From an uncultured cyanobacterium (lineage in GTDB: Bacteria; Cyanobacteriota; Cyanobacteriia; Cyanobacteriales; Cyanobacteriaceae), in NCBI GenBank assembly GCA_963749915.1, contig CAVVOP010000008.1, positions 800,001 through 864,000 of the forward strand: a stretch of 64,000 bases of DNA. The letters run 5' to 3'. The translations under genes and the position numbers were made by a program. Of this stretch, positions 32,940 through 42,700 are shown in pieces; the stretch's first letter is position 1; the number at the start of each line of letters is the position of its first letter. Under the pieces are notes generated by a model. It was not told the origin of the DNA, ran no database searches, and saw only the letters and a list, made by a program, of their open reading frames with translations.

Positions 32940-34400
32940 ATGTTTATTAATATTTATCAACCCGCGAAAATCAAGCAATATATAGAAGATAAGCTGTTAT
33001 TTGGCAATAAACTCACCCCAGAATTATTTGCCATCCTTACAGTATATTTTGTGCAAGGTATCTTAGGATTAGCTAGACTTGCCGTTAGTTTCTTCCTCAA
33101 AGACGAATTAATGCTTTCCCCTGCTCAAGTTTCCGCTCTCATGGGAGTAGCGGCTATTCCTTGGGTGACGAAGCCTATTATTGGTTTTTTGAGTGATGGT
33201 AAACCCCTCTTTGGTTATCGTCGTCGTAGTTATTTATTTCTTTCGGGCATTTTAGGTGCGATGGCATGGTTAAGTTTAGGTACGATCGTCAATAATGCTT
33301 GGGGTGCGACTATTGCTATTTTATTTACCTCTCTTTCTGTGGCTATGAGTGACGTTATCGTTGACTCGGTGGTAGTGGAAAGGGCAAAAAACGAATCTTT
33401 AGCTAAATCAGGCTCTTTACAATCCGTAACATGGGGATGTTCAGCTCTAGGTGGTTTAATCACCGCTTATTTTAGCGGCTCACTATTACAACATTTTAGT
33501 AGTAATACGATCTTTTTCATTACTGCCTGTTTCCCTTTATTGGTGGTAGGTATAGCCGGATTAATCATCGAAAAACCGGTGGAAAAAGCAACTACCTTAA
33601 ACCCTTTTCCAGAACAAATAAAACAATTATGGCAAACCATTACCAAACAATCAATTCTTGCCCCAGTTATCTTTGTTTCCCTTTGGCAGGCAACTCCTAG
33701 TGCCGATTCGGCCTTTTTCTTCTTCTCTACCAATGAATTAGGATTCACTCCGGAATTTTTAGGTAGGATAAGATTAATTACTAGTTTGGCGGCACTAATA
33801 GGCATATTTTGTTATCAAACATGGCTAAAACAAATCTCCTTCCGAGTCATGTTAGGTTGGAGTGTAGTGTTATCTTCCCTTTTGGGCATGACAAGCCTGA
33901 TATTGGTAACCCATTTTAACCGTGTTCTGGGTATTGATGATCATTGGTTTAGCTTAGGTGATAGCCTAATTTTAACGGTTATGGGACAAATCGCCTTTAT
34001 GCCTATATTGGTATTGTCAGCCCGTCTGTGTCCTGAAGGCATCGAAGCCAGTTTTTTCGCCCTATTAATGTCAATTTGGAATTTAGCCGGATTAGTTTCC
34101 CATGAATTAGGAGCGTTACTTACCCACTGGTTAGGGGTAACAGAAAGCAATTTTGAGCATCTTTGGTTACTATTATTGATTACTAACTTATCGAGTTTAC
34201 TACCCTTACCCCTACTTAAATTACTACCCAACGAAGATCCCCAAAAACAAAATAACCTCAAAAATTTACCAGTATCAGAAATTTATGAACATCATAGTCC
34301 AGGGGCAGTATTAGGTCAAGATATCATACCGGAAATCATCATCGACTTAAACTCCCACATGACTCAATCTCCAGTGTCAACTACAAAAGACCTTAATTAA
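32940..34400 (+). CDS. Folate/biopterin (BT1/FBT) MFS transporter
   Basis: VYFVQG, PW..KP..G..SD..P.FGYRRRSY and RLCPEGIEA motifs. Confidence 0.9.
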   Translation: MFINIYQPAKIKQYIEDKLLFGNKLTPELFAILTVYFVQGILGLARLAVSFFLKDELMLSPAQVSALMGVAAIPWVTKPIIGFLSDGKPLFGYRRRSYLFLSGILGAMAWLSLGTIVNNAWGATIAILFTSLSVAMSDVIVDSVVVERAKNESLAKSGSLQSVTWGCSALGGLITAYFSGSLLQHFSSNTIFFITACFPLLVVGIAGLIIEKPVEKATTLNPFPEQIKQLWQTITKQSILAPVIFVSLWQATPSADSAFFFFSTNELGFTPEFLGRIRLITSLAALIGIFCYQTWLKQISFRVMLGWSVVLSSLLGMTSLILVTHFNRVLGIDDHWFSLGDSLILTVMGQIAFMPILVLSARLCPEGIEASFFALLMSIWNLAGLVSHELGALLTHWLGVTESNFEHLWLLLLITNLSSLLPLPLLKLLPNEDPQKQNNLKNLPVSEIYEHHSPGAVLGQDIIPEIIIDLNSHMTQSPVSTTKDLN

Positions 34401-34490
34401 ATTTAATCCTAAAAAAAGATTTCCTCCCTCTTGCACCTTCTAAAAAAGTGCGTTATACTGGTCATCGTTGTGAAAAAATGAACAACCGAC

Positions 34491-34562
34491 GGGTCGCTAG
34501 CTCAGCGGTAGAGCACTCGGCTTTTAACTGATTGGTCCTGAGTTCGAATCTCAGGCGACCCA
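34491..34562 (+). tRNA. trnK: tRNA-Lys (UUU)
   Basis: GGGTCGCTAGCTCAGCGGTAGAGCACTCGGCTTTTAACTGATTGGTCCTGAGTTCGAATCTCAGGCGACCCA folds as a cloverleaf. Confidence 0.96.
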
Positions 34563-34730
34563 TTTTTAGTCTGTTGAGTCAGATTCAGGATATCGCTACA
34601 TAAGTAAAGGATGAGGGAAAATAGTGGGTATTAGTTTTCTCTGGAAACTTTATTAATGTCAGAATTCAGTGTTATCTTGTCCCCATTGCGTTTTTCATCA
34701 GGTCGTCAATTTTTGATATAGTTCCTCTTT

Positions 34731-35861
34731 ATGTTTTCATCTAACTTACCCACAGAAGAAGAAGAAGATTATTTCGATTATTCTTACGATGAACCGGGAA
34801 GTGAACCCGGTAGTATTACCATCGATCCTTTGGCGTTACCTTCTCATATTACTCTTATTGAATATGATCAACATAACGCTCATCGTCGAGTAAATGCTCA
34901 ACCTGAAGATTGTGTTTCTTGTCTGACTAATAACTTAGTTTCTTGGGCTGATGTTGAGGGATTAGGAACAGAGAATATTCTTCGAAGAATTGGACAAGTT
35001 TTTCAGTTACATCCTTTAATTTTAGAAGATATTGTCAGTGTTCCTCAAAGACCAAAAATAGAAGACTATTCTGATCAATTATTAATAATTATTCACTCCG
35101 TTAAAGCTAATGAAAATGAAATTGGTTTTACTTCTGAGCAAATTAGTTTTATCTTAGGAAAAGACTATTTACTGACTTTTCAAGAAGATAATATTGATAA
35201 TTTTGCCAAAGTCAGAGAACGTATCAGACTCAATCAAGGAAAAGTAAGACAATTAGGGGCCGATTATTTAGCTTATTTATTATTAGATACATTGATTGAT
35301 AATTATTTTCCCGTGTTGGAAGATTATGGAGAAAGAATCGGAGATTTAGAGGATCAAATAGTCTTACACCCCAGCAAAAAAACATTACAAGAGATTTATA
35401 ACGTGAGAAGGGAGTTATTGTCTTTGAGACGCTCAATTTGGCCTCTGCGTAATCTTTTTAATGAGTTAATCAGAGAAGATAATAATTTAATTACTAAAGA
35501 AGTCTATATTTATTTTCGAGATTGTTATTATCACACCATCCAAATTTTAGATATTTTAGAAACTTATAGAGAATTAGCTTCTAGTTTAATGGAAGTATTA
35601 ATCTCATCTATGAGCAACAAAATGAACGAGGTAATCACTTTATTAACAATTATTTCTAGTATTTTTATTCCCTTAACTTTCATTGCCGGACTTTATGGTA
35701 TGAATTTTGAATATATGCCTGAATTAAAATTACGTTGGGGATATTTTGCCACTTTACTGTTAATGTTGTTAGTGGCAGGGGTAATGACTTTTTATTTTTG
35801 GCGTAGAGGATGGTTTAAATTATTTTTGGAGAAACAGGAAAAATTTAATATTTATAAATAA
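34731..35861 (+). CDS. corA: Mg2+/Co2+ transporter
   Basis: LHPLILEDI, QRPK and YGMNFEYMPEL motifs. Confidence 0.95.
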   Translation: MFSSNLPTEEEEDYFDYSYDEPGSEPGSITIDPLALPSHITLIEYDQHNAHRRVNAQPEDCVSCLTNNLVSWADVEGLGTENILRRIGQVFQLHPLILEDIVSVPQRPKIEDYSDQLLIIIHSVKANENEIGFTSEQISFILGKDYLLTFQEDNIDNFAKVRERIRLNQGKVRQLGADYLAYLLLDTLIDNYFPVLEDYGERIGDLEDQIVLHPSKKTLQEIYNVRRELLSLRRSIWPLRNLFNELIREDNNLITKEVYIYFRDCYYHTIQILDILETYRELASSLMEVLISSMSNKMNEVITLLTIISSIFIPLTFIAGLYGMNFEYMPELKLRWGYFATLLLMLLVAGVMTFYFWRRGWFKLFLEKQEKFNIYK

Positions 35862-35988
35862 CTCGACTACTCAGGTTACTTAATTGCTCAGATTACCAAT
35901 GTAGGTAATAACTTTATTTCTTCTTTTTCTAACTGCAATTTTGGTTTTTTATCTTGCCATCTTTATACCACTCACTTATTTCTTTTCC

Positions 35989-37494
35989 TCACTGTGATAT
36001 TTCCGGCATCAACGGAGGAGTATTGACAAGTATCGGAGTAGGATCGGTAGTATTAGTAAGATTAGTAAGATTTTTTCTTGATTTAGTCATAAATTCTTCA
36101 TGGTAGGATCGCTCTGTGTTCACATCCCATAAATGATGATTTGCACCCATAATATTTTCTACGGCTAATAATGCTGATAACATCGAGTGGTCTTGATTAT
36201 TATAACAGTGCATTCCATTACGACCGACGGAATATAAATTCTCAAAGTCATCGATATAATTCTGAAGTACCTTTAAATGTTCTTGATATTGCTCATCGTA
36301 AACAGGATAAGCCTTTTTTTGTCGAATTACAGTGCCATCTATCACTTTATTGATGTCATCCACCAAGCCAAGATTAACAATTTCCTCACTGGCCAGTTGA
36401 ATTAAATCTCGATTATCCATGCCCCATAACTCATCCCCTTCGCTACAAAAATATTCCATGCCCAGGCAAGTTTTACTGTTATCGGGTACCATTTTCGGAC
36501 TCCAATTTTTAAAATTCTGAATCCGTCCTACCTTAAATTCAGGACTGTGAATATAAATCCAATTATCAGGAAATAGATATTCTTGATCGATGACAATGGG
36601 AACAATGAGAAAATCACGATATTTTAGACCACGAGCGGCTTTTAATACATTTTCTGGCGGTAGTGGTTCTAAACGTTGCATTAGAAGAGTTATCGGCATT
36701 GTATTAATGAAGTTATCTCCTGTAAAGATTAGGGTTTCATTACCTTTTTTAGCAACAATACTGGTAATACGTTTTCCTTTCCTATTCACCTTCAGCACTT
36801 CTGTATTTAATAGTACCTGAGAGCCTTTATCCTCCAACTTTTCTTGAAATCTCTCCCACATCATTCCCGGACCTAAAATGGGGTAATCAAATTCTTTAAT
36901 CAAAGTTTTAGTATCGCCTATACCAAATAAAGCATCAATGACAGCTTTTCTCAGAGATAATCCCTTAATTCTTTGTGCGGCCCAATCTGCTCGAATTTGA
37001 GTACAGGAAATGCCCCAGACTTTTTCAGTGTAAGTTTTAAAAAAAGTTTGATATAAACGTCCCCCAAAACGATTCGTCACCCATTGTTCAAAATTATCCT
37101 CCAAAGGTAAGGGATAAACCTTTATTTTGAGATAACTATAGAGGATCCTCAAACTATCGATAATTCCCAAATTAGTTAGGGCATTAATGGGTTCTAAAGG
37201 ATAACTGAAAAATTTGCCTTTATAGTAAATTCTGGAGAGACGGGGAACTTTAATAAATTCATTTCCCAAGACTTCATTCCACAGATTTTGTACTTTTCTA
37301 ACTTTAGTAAAAAAACGGTGTCCCCCAATGTCAAAACGATAGCCTTTATAGGTTTCAGTGCGAGAAATTCCGCCTACTCTATCGAATTTTTCTAAAGCTA
37401 AAACTTTGTGACCATTTTTAATTAATTCATAACCAGCAGTTAATCCAGCAGGGCCCGCACCGATAATAACAATTTTTTGAGGATGACTGTTCAT
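35989..37494 (-). CDS. NAD(P)/FAD-dependent oxidoreductase (HemY/UDP-galactopyranose-mutase-like superfamily)
   Basis: GAGPAG, FDIGGHRFFTK and GRNGMH.YNNQDHSM motifs. Confidence 0.8.
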   Translation of the reverse strand: MNSHPQKIVIIGAGPAGLTAGYELIKNGHKVLALEKFDRVGGISRTETYKGYRFDIGGHRFFTKVRKVQNLWNEVLGNEFIKVPRLSRIYYKGKFFSYPLEPINALTNLGIIDSLRILYSYLKIKVYPLPLEDNFEQWVTNRFGGRLYQTFFKTYTEKVWGISCTQIRADWAAQRIKGLSLRKAVIDALFGIGDTKTLIKEFDYPILGPGMMWERFQEKLEDKGSQVLLNTEVLKVNRKGKRITSIVAKKGNETLIFTGDNFINTMPITLLMQRLEPLPPENVLKAARGLKYRDFLIVPIVIDQEYLFPDNWIYIHSPEFKVGRIQNFKNWSPKMVPDNSKTCLGMEYFCSEGDELWGMDNRDLIQLASEEIVNLGLVDDINKVIDGTVIRQKKAYPVYDEQYQEHLKVLQNYIDDFENLYSVGRNGMHCYNNQDHSMLSALLAVENIMGANHHLWDVNTERSYHEEFMTKSRKNLTNLTNTTDPTPILVNTPPLMPEISQ

Positions 37495-37921
37495 AATTGA
37501 GACTACTTAATGGGTAATTTTGTATTAATACCAATAAAAATTGTGTCTTTGCATTGGGCATATTAAGGGATTAGGGTTCACAAATAGGTTCGGCGGGTTG
37601 GAGCTTATCTATTTTCCTTACCCATGCACTTAAGTGCTTTATCCTGAGTATAAAAGATTTTTTTGAGAATGACTGGATTTTTCCTGTATTTAACACAAAC
37701 TTCACAAATGCCCAAACTTTATACAATCTTTATATAAGGATTTTACAGAAACTCTACAAATTTATCTGCTCGCCAAATACCACGTAAGTAAATACCACGT
37801 AAGTATGGTGGGGTTGATCTCACAGGGGTAGGTTTTTTACAATAAGATTGTGAACATAACCCTCTCCAAGAAAATAACGGTGTGCCTATTGAATTTTTAC
37901 AAATAGCTAAAGATATTTAAA

Positions 37922-38672
37922 ATGGGGAAGAATATGGATTTTGAGTATTATTTGGCCTGTGGAAGTAAAGATGCGGTCTCAATCAGTTCTCAGCCAGGGA
38001 TTTTGTTGATTGGAGGAGCAGAAGGGGACAAATCGGGTGAGCATGAAGCAACTCAATGGTTTCTTGCACGAGCCAAAGGCGGTAAATATTTAGTGCTTCG
38101 CACTGGGGGTATAGGGGGTCAAGCCAAATGGATTTGTCAGCATTATCGAGATTGGGTTCATTCAGCGGCTGAACTTTCTATTGATGGTCGTGAAGCCGCC
38201 AATGAACCCAAAGTTATCGACTATATTCGTGAAGCCGATGCCCTGTTTATAGCGGGAGGAGATCAAACTAAATATAAAAAATATTGGGAAGGAACCGAGA
38301 CACAGAAGGCACTTAATTATTTGATTAATGACAAGAAAATTCCCGTGGCCGGGACAAGTGCTGGGATGGCTATTTTAGGAGACTATTACTATGCTCCCGA
38401 TAATAATGGAATTCTGAGTTCAGAGATTCTCGATGATCCTTTCCACTACAATACCCACAGCCTTTATCGAAGCCACTCCTGAGCAAATGGAACCTGGCTG
38501 GCCACTGATTTGGAATAACCAAGGGAAGGCCGTAAAAGTTTACCAAATTTCGGGAACTCGGGAAGGGAGTGGTTATTTTGACTTGAAAGATTGGTCTACC
38601 GCTAAGGATGGAACATGGGAATATTGGTACACAGTCGGCGGCAAGTCTGGATTAACAAAAAAACCATTCTAA
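37922..38672 (+). pseudogene. Cyanophycinase-like (peptidase S51) gene, internally deleted and frameshifted
   Basis: LLIGG, FIAGGDQ and AGTSAG in 37922-38482. The apparent C-terminal part is in another frame (38433-38672), and the segment expected to carry the catalytic His/Glu is absent. Confidence 0.65.
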
Positions 38673-38723
38673 TTTCTCCTGTGCCAATGCCAATCAATTC
38701 GCTCAAAAATCCAGCACCCAAAC

Positions 38724-38829
38724 CTAGTGGTCTGTCAAGATAGTTTTGAGGGACTGGGAACGGGTAATTTTGGATTTTGGATTTTGGAGGATTGTTTTAT
38801 CCCTCATTTCAAAATTGACAGACCACTAG
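38724..38829. mobile_element. MITE family C (CTAGTGGTCTGTCAA inverted termini)
   Basis: Perfect 15-bp inverted repeat CTAGTGGTCTGTCAA / TTGACAGACCACTAG; internal TTTGGAT heptamers. Confidence 0.85.
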
Positions 38830-38954
38830 TAGAATAAAAACATAGTTTTTCCGTTAGTTGTTCCGTTAGTTGTTTCCTAATCTGCTTTTGCTACAATTTT
38901 AATGGAGCATAAGCCCATTGAAGGAAGAAAGATTGAAAGAGCCAGAATCTAAAA

Positions 38955-39341
38955 ATGGAAATAAACAAAATTCATCATATAGCTATTATTTCTTCTGATT
39001 ATGAAAAATCAAAGGACTTTTACACGAAGATACTTGCTTTTTCAATCATTAAGGAAACATTTAGAGAAGACAAAAACTCTTATAAGTTAGATTTGAGAGT
39101 TGGCAATAATGACATGATCGAACTTTTTTCTTTTCCCTCTCCTCCTGCTAGGCTTAGTAATCCAGAAAATTGCGGACTAAGACATTTAGCCTTTGAAGTG
39201 GAGAATATCGATAAATCCGTTGTTTACTTAAAATCCAAAGGGGTCAGTGTTGAACCCATTAGAACAGATGAATTGACGGATAAACGCTTTACTTTTTTTA
39301 AAGACCCAGATAATTTACCTCTGGAAATATATGAGAGATAA
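38955..39341 (+). CDS. VOC/glyoxalase family protein (YaeR-like)
   Basis: IHHIAII, IELFSFP, GLRHLAF and FFKDPD.LPLE motifs. Confidence 0.88.
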   Translation: MEINKIHHIAIISSDYEKSKDFYTKILAFSIIKETFREDKNSYKLDLRVGNNDMIELFSFPSPPARLSNPENCGLRHLAFEVENIDKSVVYLKSKGVSVEPIRTDELTDKRFTFFKDPDNLPLEIYER

Positions 39342-39432
39342 AATAATAATTGGGTGTAGTTGGAAACAGAAGCTAGCTGTAGGCAAGGGATTACTCCAAG
39401 AAGTTGAGGTTAAGTATTTCAGTATTTTGTGA

Positions 39433-40182
39433 TTAATTACTTACGGCACCTTCGATGGTTCTTAAAAAGAAATGAGTATCAATGTTATCTTTTAAACGAT
39501 ACAATTTCGCGGGACGTTTGGCATCTTGACGCATTTCGGAGGTTTCCTCTAAAATTTCTGCTTTGGCAATACGACGACGAAAGGATTTTGTTTCTAAAGT
39601 ATGATCAAGAATTACCTCATAAACTTTTTGTAAATCCCCAAGGGTAAATTTTTCAGACATCAAGTAAGCTGGTAAGGAAGTATAAAGTACTTTATTGCGT
39701 AAACGTTCGATGGCCTGACTTAAAATTTCGTTATGATCAAAGGCTAATGACTCTATTAGTTTATTTTTGACGATGGGCGACCACTTGATCTCGATGGCAC
39801 CTTTTCCCGCTGTAAGTTGAATTTTATCATGGGGCAATAGGGCAAAATAAACAGTAGTTACGGACCATCCTCGAGGATCCCGGTGTTTATTGCCAACGGT
39901 AAAACACTGCTCTAAATAGGGCGTTTTTACGCCAGTTTTCTCCTCTAATTTACGTCTTGCGGTATCCTTTAAAGTCTTATCATTATCCAAGTCGATAAAA
40001 CCGCCAACTAATGCCCATTGATTTTTAAAAGGATAGTTTGCCCGTCTTACGAGGAGAACTTGCAAAGATTGCTCAAAAACTGTGAAAATTACGGTATCTA
40101 CTGAAGTACTGGGGCGATCAAATTTTCTCGGATCGTAATCTTTGAGAAATTCTGCTTCAGAACTGTAGTACTTTTCTTCCAT
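39433..40182 (-). CDS. nrtR: NrtR Nudix-related transcriptional regulator
   Basis: Degenerate Nudix box GGFIDLDNDKTLKDTARRKLEEKTG, RDPRGW, LAFDH, and wHTH FTLGDLQKVYE...SFRRRI...RPAKLY. Confidence 0.9.
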   Translation of the reverse strand: MEEKYYSSEAEFLKDYDPRKFDRPSTSVDTVIFTVFEQSLQVLLVRRANYPFKNQWALVGGFIDLDNDKTLKDTARRKLEEKTGVKTPYLEQCFTVGNKHRDPRGWSVTTVYFALLPHDKIQLTAGKGAIEIKWSPIVKNKLIESLAFDHNEILSQAIERLRNKVLYTSLPAYLMSEKFTLGDLQKVYEVILDHTLETKSFRRRIAKAEILEETSEMRQDAKRPAKLYRLKDNIDTHFFLRTIEGAVSN

Positions 40183-40196
40183 GATCTATTTTTCCT

Positions 40197-41678
40197 TTAA
40201 AGATGACTCTCAATACGTTGGCGAATATCCGAAAGGGTATAACTTTTGACTAGCTTACCATCGAGAAACACGATTTTTAAAGCACCTTGTTTTTCCTGTT
40301 CTACTGTTTGTTGTTCATATAAAACATAAGTATTGCTGTTTTCCTCAACTCTCAATAAACCTTTAGCGGATTTTTTTGTACCTCCGTCGGTTTTAGGATT
40401 TTTAAAAATATCTCGGCGATCGCCATTAACTATACCGCTAGTGGCTTTTACGGCAAATCCGAGGTTATCCCTGGTGACGTATTGATAGGTATATGAACCA
40501 ATGCCAAAAACCACATTCCCCGAAGCAAATCCTTTTTTATCCAATCGTTGTAAGATGTTATCAGCCCGATCGAGGGTAATAGAATCACCGTAAATCAAAC
40601 CAATATGAGAATCAAGCATTTTATATCCTGTGGGGCTAAGACTACCGCCAAAAATTTCCCATAAACATTCTACAGCACCTTTATATTCAGGGCTACCTTG
40701 GGAGGCCCTAAAATCTCCACAAATAATTTTAACAGGATCTCCACTATCAGGACGGATAACTAACTTACCATCCCGTGCTAGAATTTTATTCTTGAGGATG
40801 ACCGTATATTCCGTTATCACTTTCCAAAAATCCCAGGTATCGGCAACAACGGAAATAATACCTTTGGGGTATAAATCTTCGATGAGTCGGCGAAAGGTCT
40901 CTAATTCTCCGTCTTGCATACCCATGGCCATGACAGAATGTTCCGTAGCTGCCACAGAAACACCGATCATCTCATGATCTGCATTGGCACTATAATAATT
41001 TTCTAGTAGATCGATTGCTAATACCGTATCAGTACCACAAAAAGAAGTAAGGTGAGCTGCACCACTAATTATGGCATCCTGTACACTGGATAAACCCCGA
41101 AAAGAAAAATCATGACATTGAAAGGGTATAAAATCTAAGGGCGTTCCTGTTTTTAAGGCATAATTTGTCATTAACTTTTTATATTGATAGGCTGTTGTAG
41201 CAGATGTTATCGGTTTCCATAAATAACAGGACATCACTGACTCAATATAATTAGTTAACCAGAAAAAATCAGGATGAGTATTTACCACTGTCAATAGAGG
41301 TATTCCTATGGAAACTAGACTTCCCTCCGGCAATGCCTTAATTTTGAGAGGTAAATATCCTAAATCGTAGAGGGCACAAATATGTTCGAGAGGAATTGCA
41401 CCCACTCCCAAGGAAGTATCCATGCGTCTTTGATAGGCGGAAATTACCGTTTTTTTATCCTGTTGAAAAAAGTTTTCGTTCCAACAATCAATTAGGTAAT
41501 CTTTGATAAAATATTGTAAGCCAAAAAACACGACTCGAATGTCATCGGAATCTAAAACTTTGGCAAGACGACCACTGCGAGGGGTAAAATTAGCATAAAC
41601 TTCCGTTGTACCTTGAGGATATTGACGACGGTGATCGGTTTTGTAAAAATCAATGGCATTAAGGGGATTTATTTTCAT
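40197..41678 (-). CDS. Nicotinamide phosphoribosyltransferase family protein (NadV or Namat-like)
   Basis: DFYKTDH..QYP, NFTPRS, HDFSFRG, ATEHSVM, IRPDSGDP and IYGDSI motifs; likely start at MKINP (41678). Confidence 0.9.
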   Translation of the reverse strand: MKINPLNAIDFYKTDHRRQYPQGTTEVYANFTPRSGRLAKVLDSDDIRVVFFGLQYFIKDYLIDCWNENFFQQDKKTVISAYQRRMDTSLGVGAIPLEHICALYDLGYLPLKIKALPEGSLVSIGIPLLTVVNTHPDFFWLTNYIESVMSCYLWKPITSATTAYQYKKLMTNYALKTGTPLDFIPFQCHDFSFRGLSSVQDAIISGAAHLTSFCGTDTVLAIDLLENYYSANADHEMIGVSVAATEHSVMAMGMQDGELETFRRLIEDLYPKGIISVVADTWDFWKVITEYTVILKNKILARDGKLVIRPDSGDPVKIICGDFRASQGSPEYKGAVECLWEIFGGSLSPTGYKMLDSHIGLIYGDSITLDRADNILQRLDKKGFASGNVVFGIGSYTYQYVTRDNLGFAVKATSGIVNGDRRDIFKNPKTDGGTKKSAKGLLRVEENSNTYVLYEQQTVEQEKQGALKIVFLDGKLVKSYTLSDIRQRIESHL

Positions 41679-41761
41679 GGTTTTTTCTCTGGTAAAAATT
41701 TGATAAATTTGGGATTTCGATAAATTTGGCATAGGCTTTTGGCCTGTATCGTTAACCTAAG

Positions 41762-42592
41762 CTATATTAGGGAGTGGGGTAAAATGGTCAAAAAATTACT
41801 ATCTTGTTCTTCTGGGAATAGCATGGTGTGACAACAATAAATTTGATTAAAATATGGCCGTAATGGCTCTAATCCTTTAGAAAAAATGCCATGGGTAACA
41901 TAAAGAGCAATTTCCTGAACCTCTTTTTCTTGAAGTACTTTTGCCAATTCGATAAAGGTTCGCCCACCATCACAAATATCATCTACTAAAATCACTTTTC
42001 GCCCTCTAACATCATCATGAAAGGTGCTAAAGAGAATTTTCCCTGTTTTTGTATCACGAATTTTACTGGCACAAAAAACATCAAGGTATTGCCCAGATTT
42101 TCCTATACGTTTAGCTACTTCAAGGGTTTTTTTCTCTGCACCAGCATCAGGGGCGATCAAAGCCCAGTTTTCTTTTTCAAGCCTTTTTCCTAAGTCACTA
42201 TCAGCTAAAATATCAGCTTGGGTTACTACATGACAGTTATTTAATAAAGCGGGAGTCACATCAGAATGAGGATCAATAATTACAATGCGATCGCACTTTA
42301 AGCCGTTGATCAAATTTGCCATTACTTTAACACTCAGAGGTTCCCCTGGATTACAAACTCGATCCTGTCTAGCATAGGGAAAATAAGGAATAATCAAATC
42401 AATAGTGACGGTGGTTAAAATACGGCGAATAGCATCAACGGTAAGTAATAAAGCGATAATATCGTTAGCACTGTTTAAAATACCTTTAATTACTGTTTTT
42501 GGGATCACAGTCCGCGGTGATAAGGTCACCTGGCATTCTCCTCCGGGAAAGTTAAAGGTTTTTATCTCGCAATCATTGACTAATATGGGCAT
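41762..42592 (-). CDS. Short ribose-phosphate pyrophosphokinase family protein (Prs or Adps-like)
   Basis: FPGGE, PYFPYARQDR, DPHS, APDAGA, VDDICDGGRTF and YVTHGIFS motifs; 276 aa. Confidence 0.9.
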   Translation of the reverse strand: MPILVNDCEIKTFNFPGGECQVTLSPRTVIPKTVIKGILNSANDIIALLLTVDAIRRILTTVTIDLIIPYFPYARQDRVCNPGEPLSVKVMANLINGLKCDRIVIIDPHSDVTPALLNNCHVVTQADILADSDLGKRLEKENWALIAPDAGAEKKTLEVAKRIGKSGQYLDVFCASKIRDTKTGKILFSTFHDDVRGRKVILVDDICDGGRTFIELAKVLQEKEVQEIALYVTHGIFSKGLEPLRPYFNQIYCCHTMLFPEEQDSNFLTILPHSLI

Positions 42593-42638
42593 TTTTTTAC
42601 TCTCTTTGATAAATTAATGGCTTTAAGCCATTAAATAT

Positions 42639-42659
42639 ATAATGTCATAGAGACACTTA
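42639..42659. promoter_or_regulatory. NrtR operator overlapping the promoter of the prs-nampt-nrtR operon
   Basis: 21-bp dyad ATAATGTC-ATAGA-GACACTTA. Minus-strand TTGACA lies at 42668-42663 and a TGnCATTAT -10 falls inside the dyad. Confidence 0.75.
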
Positions 42660-42700
42660 TAATGTCAAGGAGTTATCCCAGAAAACTCATCGAATTAAAG

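Noticed and set aside
37690..37762. TTTACA-like direct repeats as an OmpR/RpaB-type site
   Set aside because: Too degenerate in AT-rich DNA to support.
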